Below, piece by piece: positions 20,453 to 29,835 of a stretch of 64,000 nt of DNA; position 1 is the stretch's first letter; the number at the start of each line of letters is the position of its first letter. The DNA comes from Candidatus Rifleibacterium amylolyticum (lineage in GTDB: Bacteria; Muiribacteriota; Ozemobacteria; Ozemobacterales; Ozemobacteraceae). Where the stretch lies: the NCBI GenBank assembly GCA_009917695.1, contig JAACJG010000014.1, forward strand, positions 50,959-114,958. The letters run 5' to 3'. Below the pieces are notes generated by a model. It saw only the letters and a program-made list of their open reading frames with translations, did not search any database and had not been told where the DNA came from. A program made the translations under genes and the position numbers.

Positions 20453-21340
20453 TTACCAGCCGCGATCCTGCATGCGGTCAGCAGAAGTCAGCGAAGACAT
20501 TTCGAGACCGGTCATCGGCGTGCCGATATTCTTTGAAATCTCGGCCAGCAGCTTGTAATCTTTATAATTCGTGGTGGCTTCGACAATAGCTTTGGCGAAA
20601 GCAGCCGGATTTTCTGACTTGAAAATGCCAGATCCAACGAACACGCCGTCAGCGCCGAGTTCCATCATCAGTGCAGCATCAGCCGGAGTTGCCACACCAC
20701 CGGCAGCGAAATTAACAACTGGCAGACGCCCGTTTTTCTTGATCTGCAGCAGAATTTCATAGGGAGCGCCGAGCAGCTTGGCTTCGGTCATCAGCTCGTC
20801 TTCGTTCATGGCTACGACACGCCGCACCTGAGCATTGACCTTGCGCATGTGACGAACGGCTTCGACGATGTTGCCGGTGCCGGGCTCGCCTTTGGTGCGC
20901 AGCATGGCCGCGCCTTCGCCGATGCGGCGGGCGGCTTCGCCGAGATCGCGGCAGCCGCAGACAAAAGGCACGGTGAATGAGCTTTTGAGAATATGGTATT
21001 CCTCGTCAGCCGGGGTCAGAACTTCACTTTCGTCGATATAATCGACGCCCATCGCTTCGAGAATACGCGCTTCAACTATATGACCGATACGGGCTTTCGC
21101 CATGACCGGTATTGAAACGGCTTTCATAACTTCTTCAACGATGGTCGGGTCGGCCATGCGCGCGACGCCGCCGGCCTTGCGGATATCAGAAGGAACGCGC
21201 TCAAGTGCCATTACCGCCACGGCACCGGCTTTTTCAGCTATGCGGGCCTGCTCGGCGTTGACTACGTCCATGATGACGCCGCCCTTCTGCATTTCGGCCA
21301 TGCCGCGCTTAACCAGAACTGTTCCAACTTTTTTTGTCAT
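20453..21340 (-). CDS. pdxS: pyridoxal 5'-phosphate synthase lyase subunit
   Basis: '[19 protein letters not shown]...' PdxS/SNZ. ATG with a GGGGTG RBS. The track start is a GTG 9 nt upstream. Confidence 0.9.
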   Translation of the reverse strand: MTKKVGTVLVKRGMAEMQKGGVIMDVVNAEQARIAEKAGAVAVMALERVPSDIRKAGGVARMADPTIVEEVMKAVSIPVMAKARIGHIVEARILEAMGVDYIDESEVLTPADEEYHILKSSFTVPFVCGCRDLGEAARRIGEGAAMLRTKGEPGTGNIVEAVRHMRKVNAQVRRVVAMNEDELMTEAKLLGAPYEILLQIKKNGRLPVVNFAAGGVATPADAALMMELGADGVFVGSGIFKSENPAAFAKAIVEATTNYKDYKLLAEISKNIGTPMTGLEMSSLTSADRMQDRGW

Positions 21341-21419
21341 TTTTAACACCCCAGCTTGATTCTTTTCAATATGCGAGAGAGTAAATACCGCATTTAACCC
21401 TGAATATCAACCCCATTTT

Positions 21420-21764
21420 GCAACTTTGCGTAAAGATTCAGTCTTAGTTGGGATTGCCTATATTGCGTAGATTTATAGCAACAAGCTATGCCTTGTTACC
21501 CGTGCTCTCGACAGGGTTAGGCAGCTCTTACGGCTTCAGCCGTTAGAGATGCGTATGCAAAGCCTCAACGCTACAACTCTCACCAGACGCAATTTATGGT
21601 ATAGCTATGGCTTTGTGTCAATATTGCCTGGCTCGGCCGAGCTGCTCTATCCTGCGCAGCTCGGCATAAGCACCTCCCTGTGCAAAAAGTTTTCGCTTAT
21701 GAGATCCCTGTCTGCGCACTCACAATAATGATTCCACTCATAACTGAATCTTTACAACTTTGCC
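21420..21764. repeat. ~23-bp imperfect inverted repeats (21420-21443 and 21742-21764) flanking a ~300-bp hairpin-rich segment
   Basis: 'gcaactttgcgtaaagattcagtc' versus 'actgaatctttacaactttgcc'. The interior has several GC-rich stem-loops. Confidence 0.35.
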
Positions 21765-21838
21765 TAAGCTGCTGCGAAATGCTTTCGCCGACTGCATCGA
21801 TGCCACAAATTGGCGCCACATCCCTCGCGCTCCTAATC

Positions 21839-21880
21839 GTTGACGTTGTCGTAATCGTAATCGTGATCGTTGTCGTTGTC
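21839..21880. repeat. tandem hexamer repeat (GTNRTC)x7
   Basis: 'gttgac gttgtc gtaatc gtaatc gtgatc gttgtc gttgtc' inside a ~1.2-kb non-coding gap. Confidence 0.6.
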
Positions 21881-22264
21881 GAAATAGCTCTAACAGACTC
21901 TCGCTATGCATGTTATCTCGTTTTCTCAACACATAACCACGGTTCATTACAGACAAAAGCGCGTTGATTTTTGTTAAACCAGAAGCTTCGGCCATCAGTC
22001 AGGATGCTTTTTTTTGCTGACAGAAGGCCAACCCTGGCAGCATCTGGATAGATGCTGCCGGGCACTCCAGCGGTTGGCTCAGAGCCAGCCTTTGCCTTCG
22101 GCAAACCGCTTCGCTCACAGCTTACGAAAAAGCAAATCCGTTTTTTGCAGGATGCAATTATGCCAGATCGCATCAGGACAGAAGCGATCTGGCCTTCAGG
22201 CCTCATGCCAAAATTCAATGCACTTTAAATATAATTCACAACATAAAAATACATTTAAACATAG

Positions 22265-22317
22265 CTGCGAAATTTTTCACAAAACTTCTTGACGTTTTCA
22301 AAGTCGCTGGTTATACT
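22265..22317 (+). promoter_or_regulatory. rex operon promoter (TTGACG-17-TATACT) with a Rex-operator-like site just upstream
   Basis: -35 at ~22289, -10 at ~22312. 'ctgcgaaatttttcacaa' matches the Rex consensus TTGTGAA-N4-TTCACAA at 15 of 18 positions. Confidence 0.5.
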
Positions 22318-22538
22318 AAGTTTAGAAATCGAGAAAAATTTATCGATAAAAAATTATTGATAAAAAATTCTCAAAGTTTAAAAAATTGATACGCAAACAA
22401 AGAAAGCGCAGAAAGGAGACAAGGAAATGACAGAAGTTGAAAACAGCATCATACAGGTTCTTCTGACAGTGTTTTGGCACCATACCTTTTTGCAACAGCC
22501 ACAGCTGATTCTGATAAACAACAGGAGGGGCCGATATT

Positions 22539-23210
22539 ATGAAAGGCAAGCCTGATTACAATATTCCGGAACCGACTCTGCGCCGCCTGCCACGCTACTA
22601 CAACTACCTCAAGGCGCTGCTCAACCGTGGTCGAGAAGTTGTTTCCTGCACCCACATCGGCAAAGATCTCGAACTCGATCCGCCACAGATTCGCAAAGAC
22701 CTTGCCTATACAGGAATCCGCGGCCTTCCCAAAGTCGGCTACCAGGTCGAAGAGCTGATCAAAAGCATCGAAGACTTCTTCGGCTGGAACAACATCGACG
22801 AAGCATTTCTGGTTGGAGTCGGCAATATGGGACGCGCACTCATCGACTACAAAGGCTTTTCCCGCTACGGTTTCAAGATCATTGCCGCTTTCGACAATGA
22901 CAGCGAAGTGATCGGCAAAACTTTCAACGGCATCGAAGTGCTGGCGCTCAACAAACTTACCAGTCTGTGCAAGCGCATGAATGTACACATCGGAGTCATC
23001 GCGACGCCCGACCATGCGGCGCAGGAAGTCGCCGACATGATGATAGCCGGCGGCATAATCGGAATCTGGAACTTTGCGCCCGCAGAAATACGGACGCCGG
23101 AAGGGGTAATAGTGCAGAACGAAAACCTTGCAGCAGGTCTTTCTGTGCTCTGCAAGAAGCTGCAGATGCTCAAACAGTCAGGGAAAATCAGACAGGAGGT
23201 CATAGAATGA
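22539..23210 (+). CDS. rex: redox-sensing transcriptional repressor Rex
   Basis: 'PEPTLRRLPRYYNYL' winged helix plus a Rossmann NADH domain 'LVGVGNMGRAL'. AGGAGGGG RBS. Confidence 0.85.
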   Translation: MKGKPDYNIPEPTLRRLPRYYNYLKALLNRGREVVSCTHIGKDLELDPPQIRKDLAYTGIRGLPKVGYQVEELIKSIEDFFGWNNIDEAFLVGVGNMGRALIDYKGFSRYGFKIIAAFDNDSEVIGKTFNGIEVLALNKLTSLCKRMNVHIGVIATPDHAAQEVADMMIAGGIIGIWNFAPAEIRTPEGVIVQNENLAAGLSVLCKKLQMLKQSGKIRQEVIE

Positions 23211-23707
23211 CGAGTCAGCCACACACCGTGATGAGAAAGTTCGAAAAAGTCTGCGAAATCATCGAAAAACACAATAACGACTGTTCAAAGTTGATACCGA
23301 TCCTGCAGGCAGTCCAGGAAGAATACCGCTACCTGCCCGAAGACGTCATCTGCTATGTAGCGACCGCGCTCGGCATTCCCTCGTCGCAGGTTTACGGCGT
23401 CGCTACCTTCTACTCGCATTTCGCGCTCAAGCCCAAAGGCAAATACGTTATCAAGATCTGCGACGGCACCGCCTGCCACGTAAAAAAATCGATTCCCATT
23501 CTCGAAGCCCTGCTCAAAAAGCTCACGCTGACACCTGACAACATGACCACCAGCGACATGCTGTTCACTGTTGAAACCGTCTCTTGCCTTGGTGCCTGCG
23601 GCCTGGCACCGGTTCTGGTAATCAACGAAGAAGTTCATGGCCTGATGACACCCGAATCCACAGCCGCACTCATCGATCAGATCATCGCCCGGGAGGAAGC
23701 AAAATGA
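23207..23707 (+). CDS. NuoE-like [2Fe-2S] subunit of an NAD(P)-dependent [FeFe] hydrogenase
   Basis: 'ICDGTACHV...VSCLGACGLAP' thioredoxin-like 2Fe-2S. ATGA overlap with rex. AGGAGG RBS. Confidence 0.85.
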   Translation: MTSQPHTVMRKFEKVCEIIEKHNNDCSKLIPILQAVQEEYRYLPEDVICYVATALGIPSSQVYGVATFYSHFALKPKGKYVIKICDGTACHVKKSIPILEALLKKLTLTPDNMTTSDMLFTVETVSCLGACGLAPVLVINEEVHGLMTPESTAALIDQIIAREEAK

Positions 23708-25593
23708 ACAACGACAAACTCAACCTGAAACAGATCGCAGAACACTTTCGCAATAATTCGGAAGAGCGCCGCGTCATCGTCTGCGCCGGCACCGCCTGCG
23801 TTGCCAATGGAGCCCTTGCCGTCATCGATGCTCTTGTGAAAAAAATCACTTCGGCGGGTATCAATGTTAAGGTCGAAGCGCACGAAGAAGGCAAACGCGA
23901 CCTGCGCGTCTCGAAAAGCGGCTGCCACGGCTTCTGCCAGATGGGTCCGCTGGTTACGATAATGCCCGATAACATTCTCTACACCAGAGTCAATGCTGCT
24001 GACGCCGACGAAATCGTTGAGAAAACACTGATGAAGGGTGAGATCATCGATCGCCTGCTCTTCGTCGAACCGGCAAGCGGCAAACACGCGAAAGGCAGCG
24101 ACGAAATCACTTTTTACAATCGCCAGAAACGAACTGTACTCAGAGAATGCGGTCACATCGACCCTGAAGACATAGACGAATACATCGCTCATAATGGCTA
24201 TGAAGGCGCCAGAATCGCCTGTGTCGAGATGAAGCCGGAAACCGTATGCGAAGAAGTCATGACCGCCCTGCTGCGGGGAAGAGGCGGCGGTGGCTTTCCG
24301 ACCGGGCGCAAGTGGAAGCTGACGCTCGATCAGCCTGGTGCAAAAAAATATGTCATCTGTAACGCCGACGAAGGCGACCCTGGCGCTTTTATGGATAGAA
24401 GCGTCATGGAAGGCAATCCGCATTCAGTAATCGAAGGCATGATGATCGCCGCCCGCGCCATTGGCGCTGATGAAGGCGTCATTTACTGCCGCGCCGAATA
24501 CCCGCTGGCAGTAAAACGCATGCGCAAGGCCATCGAAGACGCCCGCAAGCTTGGAATTCTCGGCAAAAACATCTTCGCCAGCGGCTTCAACTTCGATGTC
24601 AACGTTATGGAAGGCGCCGGAGCCTTCGTCTGCGGCGAAGAAACTACCCTCATCGCTTCGGTAGAAGGCAAGCGCGGCATGCCAAGCCCCAAACCGCCTT
24701 TCCCGGCCGAAAGCGGTCTGTTCGGCAAACCTACCGTTATCAACAACGTCGAAACGCTGGCCTGTGTGCCGCTGATCATTCGTAATGGCGCGCAGTGGTT
24801 CAGGTCGCAGGGCACAGCCAAATCACCCGGCACCAAGACGTTCGCCCTGACCGGCCATGTCGCCAACACCGGCTTGATCGAAGTTCCGTTCGGAACGCCA
24901 TTGCGCGAGATCATCTTCAACATTGGCGGCGGTATCACCGACGACCGCAGCAAACCGATGCCTGATGGCTTCAAGGCCGTGCAGATCGGCGGGCCATCCG
25001 GTGGTTGTCTGATCGATGAACACCTCGATCTGCCGCTCGACTTTGATTCACTGCTCGACAAGGGCGCCATGGTTGGTTCCGGCGGGCTGGTGGTGATGAA
25101 CAAGAGCACCTGTATGGTCTCGATCGCCCGCTTCTTCATGCAGTTCACCCAAAACGAGTCATGCGGCAAGTGCGTGCTCTGCCGAGAAGGCACCCGCCAG
25201 ATGCTGAGCATGCTCGACGAGATAATGGCCGGCAACGCCGACGAAAGCACTCTGGTCAATCTCGAAAAACTGGCGCACGCAGTTGCACGCGGCTCGCTGT
25301 GCGGTCTCGGCAAAACGGCGCCAAACCCGGTTCTTTCGACTCTGCGCTATTTCAGAGCGGAATACGAAGCACACGTTTTTCAGAAGCGCTGCCCGGCCGG
25401 CCAGTGCAAGGCTCTGGCGACTCCTGAGATCAACCCGGAACTCTGCAAAGGCTGCACCATATGTGCCAAAAAGTGCCCGGTTGGCGCGATCAGCGGCGAA
25501 GTCAAAAAGCCGCACGTCATCGATATTGAAAAGTGTATCAAATGCGGAGCCTGTGCCGCCGCCTGCAAATTCAACGCTATCACGGGGGTGTGA
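23704..25593 (+). CDS. NuoF-like flavoprotein subunit (N-terminal 2Fe-2S, FMN/NAD(P)H-binding, C-terminal 2x[4Fe-4S])
   Basis: 'GRGGGGFPTGRKW', 'ESCGKCVLCREG' and two C-terminal CxxCxxCxxxCP motifs. Confidence 0.9.
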   Translation: MNNDKLNLKQIAEHFRNNSEERRVIVCAGTACVANGALAVIDALVKKITSAGINVKVEAHEEGKRDLRVSKSGCHGFCQMGPLVTIMPDNILYTRVNAADADEIVEKTLMKGEIIDRLLFVEPASGKHAKGSDEITFYNRQKRTVLRECGHIDPEDIDEYIAHNGYEGARIACVEMKPETVCEEVMTALLRGRGGGGFPTGRKWKLTLDQPGAKKYVICNADEGDPGAFMDRSVMEGNPHSVIEGMMIAARAIGADEGVIYCRAEYPLAVKRMRKAIEDARKLGILGKNIFASGFNFDVNVMEGAGAFVCGEETTLIASVEGKRGMPSPKPPFPAESGLFGKPTVINNVETLACVPLIIRNGAQWFRSQGTAKSPGTKTFALTGHVANTGLIEVPFGTPLREIIFNIGGGITDDRSKPMPDGFKAVQIGGPSGGCLIDEHLDLPLDFDSLLDKGAMVGSGGLVVMNKSTCMVSIARFFMQFTQNESCGKCVLCREGTRQMLSMLDEIMAGNADESTLVNLEKLAHAVARGSLCGLGKTAPNPVLSTLRYFRAEYEAHVFQKRCPAGQCKALATPEINPELCKGCTICAKKCPVGAISGEVKKPHVIDIEKCIKCGACAAACKFNAITGV

Positions 25594-25595
25594 CC

Positions 25596-27629
25596 ATGAA
25601 TGACATCGAAAAAAACACAATGATCATCAACGGCAACGAAGTCGAAATCGGCGATGAACGCAACCTGCTCGAGCTCATCAGAAAAACCGGCATCGAGATT
25701 CCGACCTTCTGTTATCACTCAGAACTCAGTATTTATGGGGCCTGTCGCCTCTGCCTCGTCGAAATCGAGGGGCGCGGCCTGCACGCTTCCTGCTCGATCA
25801 AACCGGCTCCCGGCATGGTCGTCAGAACCGCCACCGAAGAAATCAGAGAAATCCGCAAAATTTCGGTCGAACTGCTGCTCGCCAACCACAAGGTTGAGTG
25901 CCCGACCTGCCCGAAAAGCTCGACCTGCAAACTCGAAGACCTCGCGCGCCGGCTCGGCATCACCGAAGTGCGCTTCAAAAAGACCAATATCGACCAGCCC
26001 AAAGACTTCTCGTCTGACTCACTTATTCGCGACCCCAACAAATGCGTGCTGTGCGGCGACTGCGTGCGCTACTGCCGTGAAATTCAGGGAATCGGCGCCA
26101 TCGACTTCGCACATCGCGGCAAAAATACGGTTGTCTCACCAGCCTTTGGCAAGGAACTGGCCAAAGTAGAATGCGTCAACTGCGGTCAGTGCGCTGCTGT
26201 CTGCCCGGTCGGCGCCATCACCATCAAACCCGAAATCGACCAGGTTTTCAAGGTTCTCGATAATCGCAAAAAAATGGTTATCACCCAGATTGCACCGGCA
26301 GTGCGGGTTGCGCTCGGCGAAAAATTTGGCATGACTGCCGGCGACGTCATTACCGGCAAGATCACCGCCGCCCTCAAGCGCATGGGCTTCGCCAAAGTTT
26401 TCGATACCTCGTTCTCAGCTGACCTGACCGTTATCGAAGAAGGCACCGAGTTTTTGAACCGCTTTGCTAAAGGCGAAAAGCTGCCGCAGTTCACTTCCTG
26501 CTGCCCCGGCTGGGTTAAGTTCGCCGAACAGTATTTTCCTGAAATACTGCCGCGGCTCTCTTCCTGCAAATCACCACAGCAGATGTTCGGCTCGCTCGCA
26601 CGCGAAACATTGCCGGCTCTCTACGGCGTAAAACCTGAAGACCTTGTCATTGTTTCGATCATGCCCTGCACGGCTAAAAAGTTCGAGGCCCGCCGCCCTG
26701 AATTCGCACACGAAGGCCTGCGCGATGTCGACTTCGTTCTGACCACTCAGGAACTCAGCACAATGATCGAAGCCAGCGGCATACGATTCGCCGAACTCGA
26801 ACCTGAATCACTCGATCTGCCGCTCGGCTTCAAAACCGGCGCCGGCGTTATCTTCGGCGCCAGTGGCGGAGTTACCGAAGCAGTTCTGCGTTTCGCTGCT
26901 GAAAAGGTGACCGGCCGCAAGCTCGAAAACGTCGATTTCCATGCCGTTCGCGGTGACGCCGGTCTGCGCGAAGCCACCATCGACCTCGACGGCAAAACAG
27001 TGCGCCTGGCTGTAGTGCATGGTCTCAAAAATGCCCGCCGTATCGCCGAAGAAGTCAAGGCTGGCAGATGCAACTACGACATCATCGAAGTCATGGCCTG
27101 TCCGGGCGGCTGCGTCGGTGGCGCCGGTCAGCCGGTTGCCTTCAACAACGGAACCATTCGCAAGCGGGCCAAAGGCCTCTACGAAGCCGACAAGATGCTG
27201 CAGCTCCATAAATCCCAGGAAAATCCCTACGTCATCGAGACCTACGAAAAGATTCTCGGCGATGTCGGCGGCGCAAAAGCCCATCACCTGCTGCACACCC
27301 GCTATCAGTCGCGCCGACGCATCACCGAGAAAGGCATGCCCCTTCTCACCGGCGAAGCCGGCGACAAGCTGTCGATCAAGGTCTGCGTCGGCACCAACTG
27401 CTACGTCAAAGGCTCGCAGAATATCCTCAAAGCGCTCACCCGCGAGATCGAAAAGCGCGGCCTGAGCAATGAAGTCGATATTCAGGCGACCTTCTGCTTC
27501 GAAAAATGTGGAGAAGCGCCGAATGTGATGATCGGCGATCAGTTGATCAGCCGCTGCACCGTCGAAAAAGCCTGCGCCGCCCTCGACGCCGCACTCGGCA
27601 CCCGCCAGAAAGTCACTGTAACTGCTTAG
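25596..27629 (+). CDS. hydA: [FeFe]-hydrogenase catalytic subunit (HydA/HndD-type, with N-terminal ferredoxin domains and a C-terminal thioredoxin-like domain)
   Basis: H-cluster motifs L1 'TSCCPGW', L2 'MPCTAKKFE' and L3 'EVMACPGGCVGGAGQP'. Confidence 0.9.
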   Translation: MNDIEKNTMIINGNEVEIGDERNLLELIRKTGIEIPTFCYHSELSIYGACRLCLVEIEGRGLHASCSIKPAPGMVVRTATEEIREIRKISVELLLANHKVECPTCPKSSTCKLEDLARRLGITEVRFKKTNIDQPKDFSSDSLIRDPNKCVLCGDCVRYCREIQGIGAIDFAHRGKNTVVSPAFGKELAKVECVNCGQCAAVCPVGAITIKPEIDQVFKVLDNRKKMVITQIAPAVRVALGEKFGMTAGDVITGKITAALKRMGFAKVFDTSFSADLTVIEEGTEFLNRFAKGEKLPQFTSCCPGWVKFAEQYFPEILPRLSSCKSPQQMFGSLARETLPALYGVKPEDLVIVSIMPCTAKKFEARRPEFAHEGLRDVDFVLTTQELSTMIEASGIRFAELEPESLDLPLGFKTGAGVIFGASGGVTEAVLRFAAEKVTGRKLENVDFHAVRGDAGLREATIDLDGKTVRLAVVHGLKNARRIAEEVKAGRCNYDIIEVMACPGGCVGGAGQPVAFNNGTIRKRAKGLYEADKMLQLHKSQENPYVIETYEKILGDVGGAKAHHLLHTRYQSRRRITEKGMPLLTGEAGDKLSIKVCVGTNCYVKGSQNILKALTREIEKRGLSNEVDIQATFCFEKCGEAPNVMIGDQLISRCTVEKACAALDAALGTRQKVTVTA

Positions 27630-27711
27630 TTTGCTAATGTACTACCACTCTCTCTTTTGTCGCACGTTCGCTGCCGGGGCTGTTCGCACCTCTCCAGACA
27701 CAACCCCTCCT

Positions 27712-27741
27712 TCAAGGTCCCGGCAGCACGTGCCGACTTTT
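27712..27741 (+). terminator. candidate intrinsic terminator after hydA
   Basis: 'cggca-gcacg-tgccg' stem-loop followed by ACTTTTTTT. Confidence 0.45.
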
Positions 27742-27914
27742 TTTGAGATACAGAATCTCATTGGAGTAGAAAAAATTGGTATTAAATGTAATCACTTCTG
27801 TAAGGGCGCAGGCGGGTTTCTCATGAGCGGAAACTTCGAGCCAGGCAGCTTTGACGCAAAGCCATAGCTTAACAAAATCAGCCGCCGCCTGGGGAGAGTT
27901 GCAGCGAATGAGAT

Positions 27915-28058
27915 TCCGCCGAGAGCCCGAATACAGAAACGAAACAAGTAGCCAAATACAAGGTAAAATAATGATACAATTTCGCTAATGGTTTCAGAGG
28001 CAAACGCGGTAAAGCTGTAACATTGAGATCCTTAAATAATCCGCCGAGAGCCCGAATA
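27915..28058. repeat. two copies of a 19-nt direct repeat 'tccgccgagagcccgaata', 125 bp apart, in the hydA/downstream-gene intergenic region
   Basis: Exact 19/19 match at ~27915-27933 and ~28040-28058. Confidence 0.6.
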
Positions 28059-28121
28059 ACCAATGTTCACATCGAGCAAGGCGAAGGCTGGTTCTGATGA
28101 ATAAACCGGGGGGCGAAATGC

Positions 28122-28367
28122 ATGGCTAAGAAGTTCAAGATCACGATCTGTTCTGGCACAACCTGTTATGTGCTCGGGGGCGCGCACCTGATGATGCTCG
28201 CCGAATCGCTGCCCGCCGACCTCAAAGATCAGGTCGAAATAATCGATTCCAACTGCATCAAGGCCTGCCAGTTTGAAAACGCGCAACCGCCTTTCGTGCA
28301 AATCAACGACTATCTGATGTCACAGGCTTCTGTGGCCAAAGTCGTCGAATATCTGCGAAAACACTGA
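28122..28367 (+). CDS. small thioredoxin-like [2Fe-2S] ferredoxin (NuoE/HydC-like)
   Basis: 'ITICSGTTCYVLGG...DSNCIKACQ'. Confidence 0.7.
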   Translation: MAKKFKITICSGTTCYVLGGAHLMMLAESLPADLKDQVEIIDSNCIKACQFENAQPPFVQINDYLMSQASVAKVVEYLRKH

Positions 28368-28380
28368 GGCAAGACACAAC

Positions 28381-29835
28381 ATGGCAATGAATTACATCAA
28401 CAACGCTTCACTGCTCAAACGCCAGCTCGTCGTCCGCTTTGCCCGCCTCATGTTCACCGGCGAACTCAAAAACAAAATCGATCTGCTGCCGCTGCATCAG
28501 GCGCCGCGTAATTCCGAAGCGGTAAGATGCTGCCTTCATCATGACCGCGCTGTCATCAGATACCGTCTTATCGCTCTGCTCGGCTTTGCCATCGAGAATG
28601 AGAAACCCGATGACGAGGCCCGAACTCTGGCCAGTTATGTGGAAGAAGCCGAAGCGAGAGGTGCCGGGCGAATGGCCGGAAGTGCGCTGACCGTTATCGA
28701 CGAGGCCTGCAGCGCCTGCATTCGCGCGAATTACCGGGTAACCAACGCCTGCCGCGGCTGCGTTGCGCGCCCCTGCATGATGAACTGCCCGAAAAACTGC
28801 ATCTCTTTCGAAAACGGCCAGGCCCATATCGACGAGAAGGTCTGCATCAGCTGCGGCATCTGTGCGAAAGTCTGTCCCTACCATTCGATCGTGTTCCAGC
28901 CGATACCCTGCGAGCAGGCCTGCCCGGTCAATGCGATCGTTCAGGATAAAAACGGCAAGCAGGATATCCTCGCCGACAAGTGCATCAACTGCGGCAAATG
29001 CCTGCAAGCCTGCCCGTTCGGCGCCATCATGGAACGATCGGAAATCTACGAGATCCTGCGCGCAATCACTAACCCGGCCGAAGCCACGGTAGCACTTATC
29101 GCACCTTCTATCGTCGGCCAGTTCAATACCAGCCTCGGCAAACTCGTCACCGCTCTGCGCAAACTCGGCTTCGACCATGTCGTCGAAGTCGCCTGGGGCG
29201 CCGATCTCGCTGCGCAGAAAGAAACCGCTGAGCTGATCGAACGCCTCGAACACGGCCAGACCTGCATGACCTCGTCATGTTGCCCGGCTTACGTCGAAGC
29301 GGTTAAGAAGCATATTACCAATATCAAGCCCCTGGTTTCCGATACTTTGAGCCCGATGCAGTATGCCGGTGAATGGGCCGGCCAGCAATGGCCTGGCGCG
29401 CGCCGCGTCTTCGTCGGTCCCTGTATCGCCAAACGTGCTGAAGCTAAAGCCTCACCTCATATCGAAAATACACTGACCTACGAAGAACTCGGTTCGATAT
29501 TCATCGCCGCCGGCGTTGATGTAGCCGAATGCGAAGAGAGCCGCGCCGATCTCGAAGCTACCAGCGTCGGCCGCAAATTCGCAGTATCCGGTGGCGTCAG
29601 CACTGCCATCAAAAATGCCGCATCAGCCGCTGGCCACAATGTTACCGACAAAGTCATCGACGGGCTCGACAGCAAATCACTCGCCATACTCAAAGCCATC
29701 GACAAGATCGTCAAAAGCGATACCTTCGTCGAAGTCATGTCATGTGAAGGCGGCTGCGTCAACGGCCCCGGCGTCATCAGCAACCCGGCCGTCGCCCGCC
29801 GCTTTCTCGAAAAGATGCTGCAGGAACACCCATGA
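28381..29835 (+). CDS. sensory-type (HydS/group-C-like) [FeFe]-hydrogenase homologue without a PAS domain
   Basis: Two N-terminal 4Fe-4S CxxCxxCxxxCP motifs. Degenerate H-cluster motifs 'SSCCPAY', 'GPCIAKRAE' and 'EVMSCEGGCVNGPG'. Confidence 0.8.
   Translation: MAMNYINNASLLKRQLVVRFARLMFTGELKNKIDLLPLHQAPRNSEAVRCCLHHDRAVIRYRLIALLGFAIENEKPDDEARTLASYVEEAEARGAGRMAGSALTVIDEACSACIRANYRVTNACRGCVARPCMMNCPKNCISFENGQAHIDEKVCISCGICAKVCPYHSIVFQPIPCEQACPVNAIVQDKNGKQDILADKCINCGKCLQACPFGAIMERSEIYEILRAITNPAEATVALIAPSIVGQFNTSLGKLVTALRKLGFDHVVEVAWGADLAAQKETAELIERLEHGQTCMTSSCCPAYVEAVKKHITNIKPLVSDTLSPMQYAGEWAGQQWPGARRVFVGPCIAKRAEAKASPHIENTLTYEELGSIFIAAGVDVAECEESRADLEATSVGRKFAVSGGVSTAIKNAASAAGHNVTDKVIDGLDSKSLAILKAIDKIVKSDTFVEVMSCEGGCVNGPGVISNPAVARRFLEKMLQEHP

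Noticed and set aside
21851-21863. 13-nt motif 'gtaatcgtaatcg' shared between the hexamer repeat at 21.85 kb and the reverse strand at ~40377-40389
   Set aside because: It is short and of low complexity, and both sites are repeat-like. It is most likely coincidence rather than a shared element.
23677-25313. Long antisense ORFs inside the hydrogenase genes. Examples are 23677..24423 and 24483..25313 on the minus strand. Similar ones occur at 28408..29253 (minus), 31901..32617 (minus) and 3026..3661 (plus)
   Set aside because: These overlap genes that have unambiguous conserved motifs on the opposite strand. They arise from GC-rich codon bias and are not real genes.
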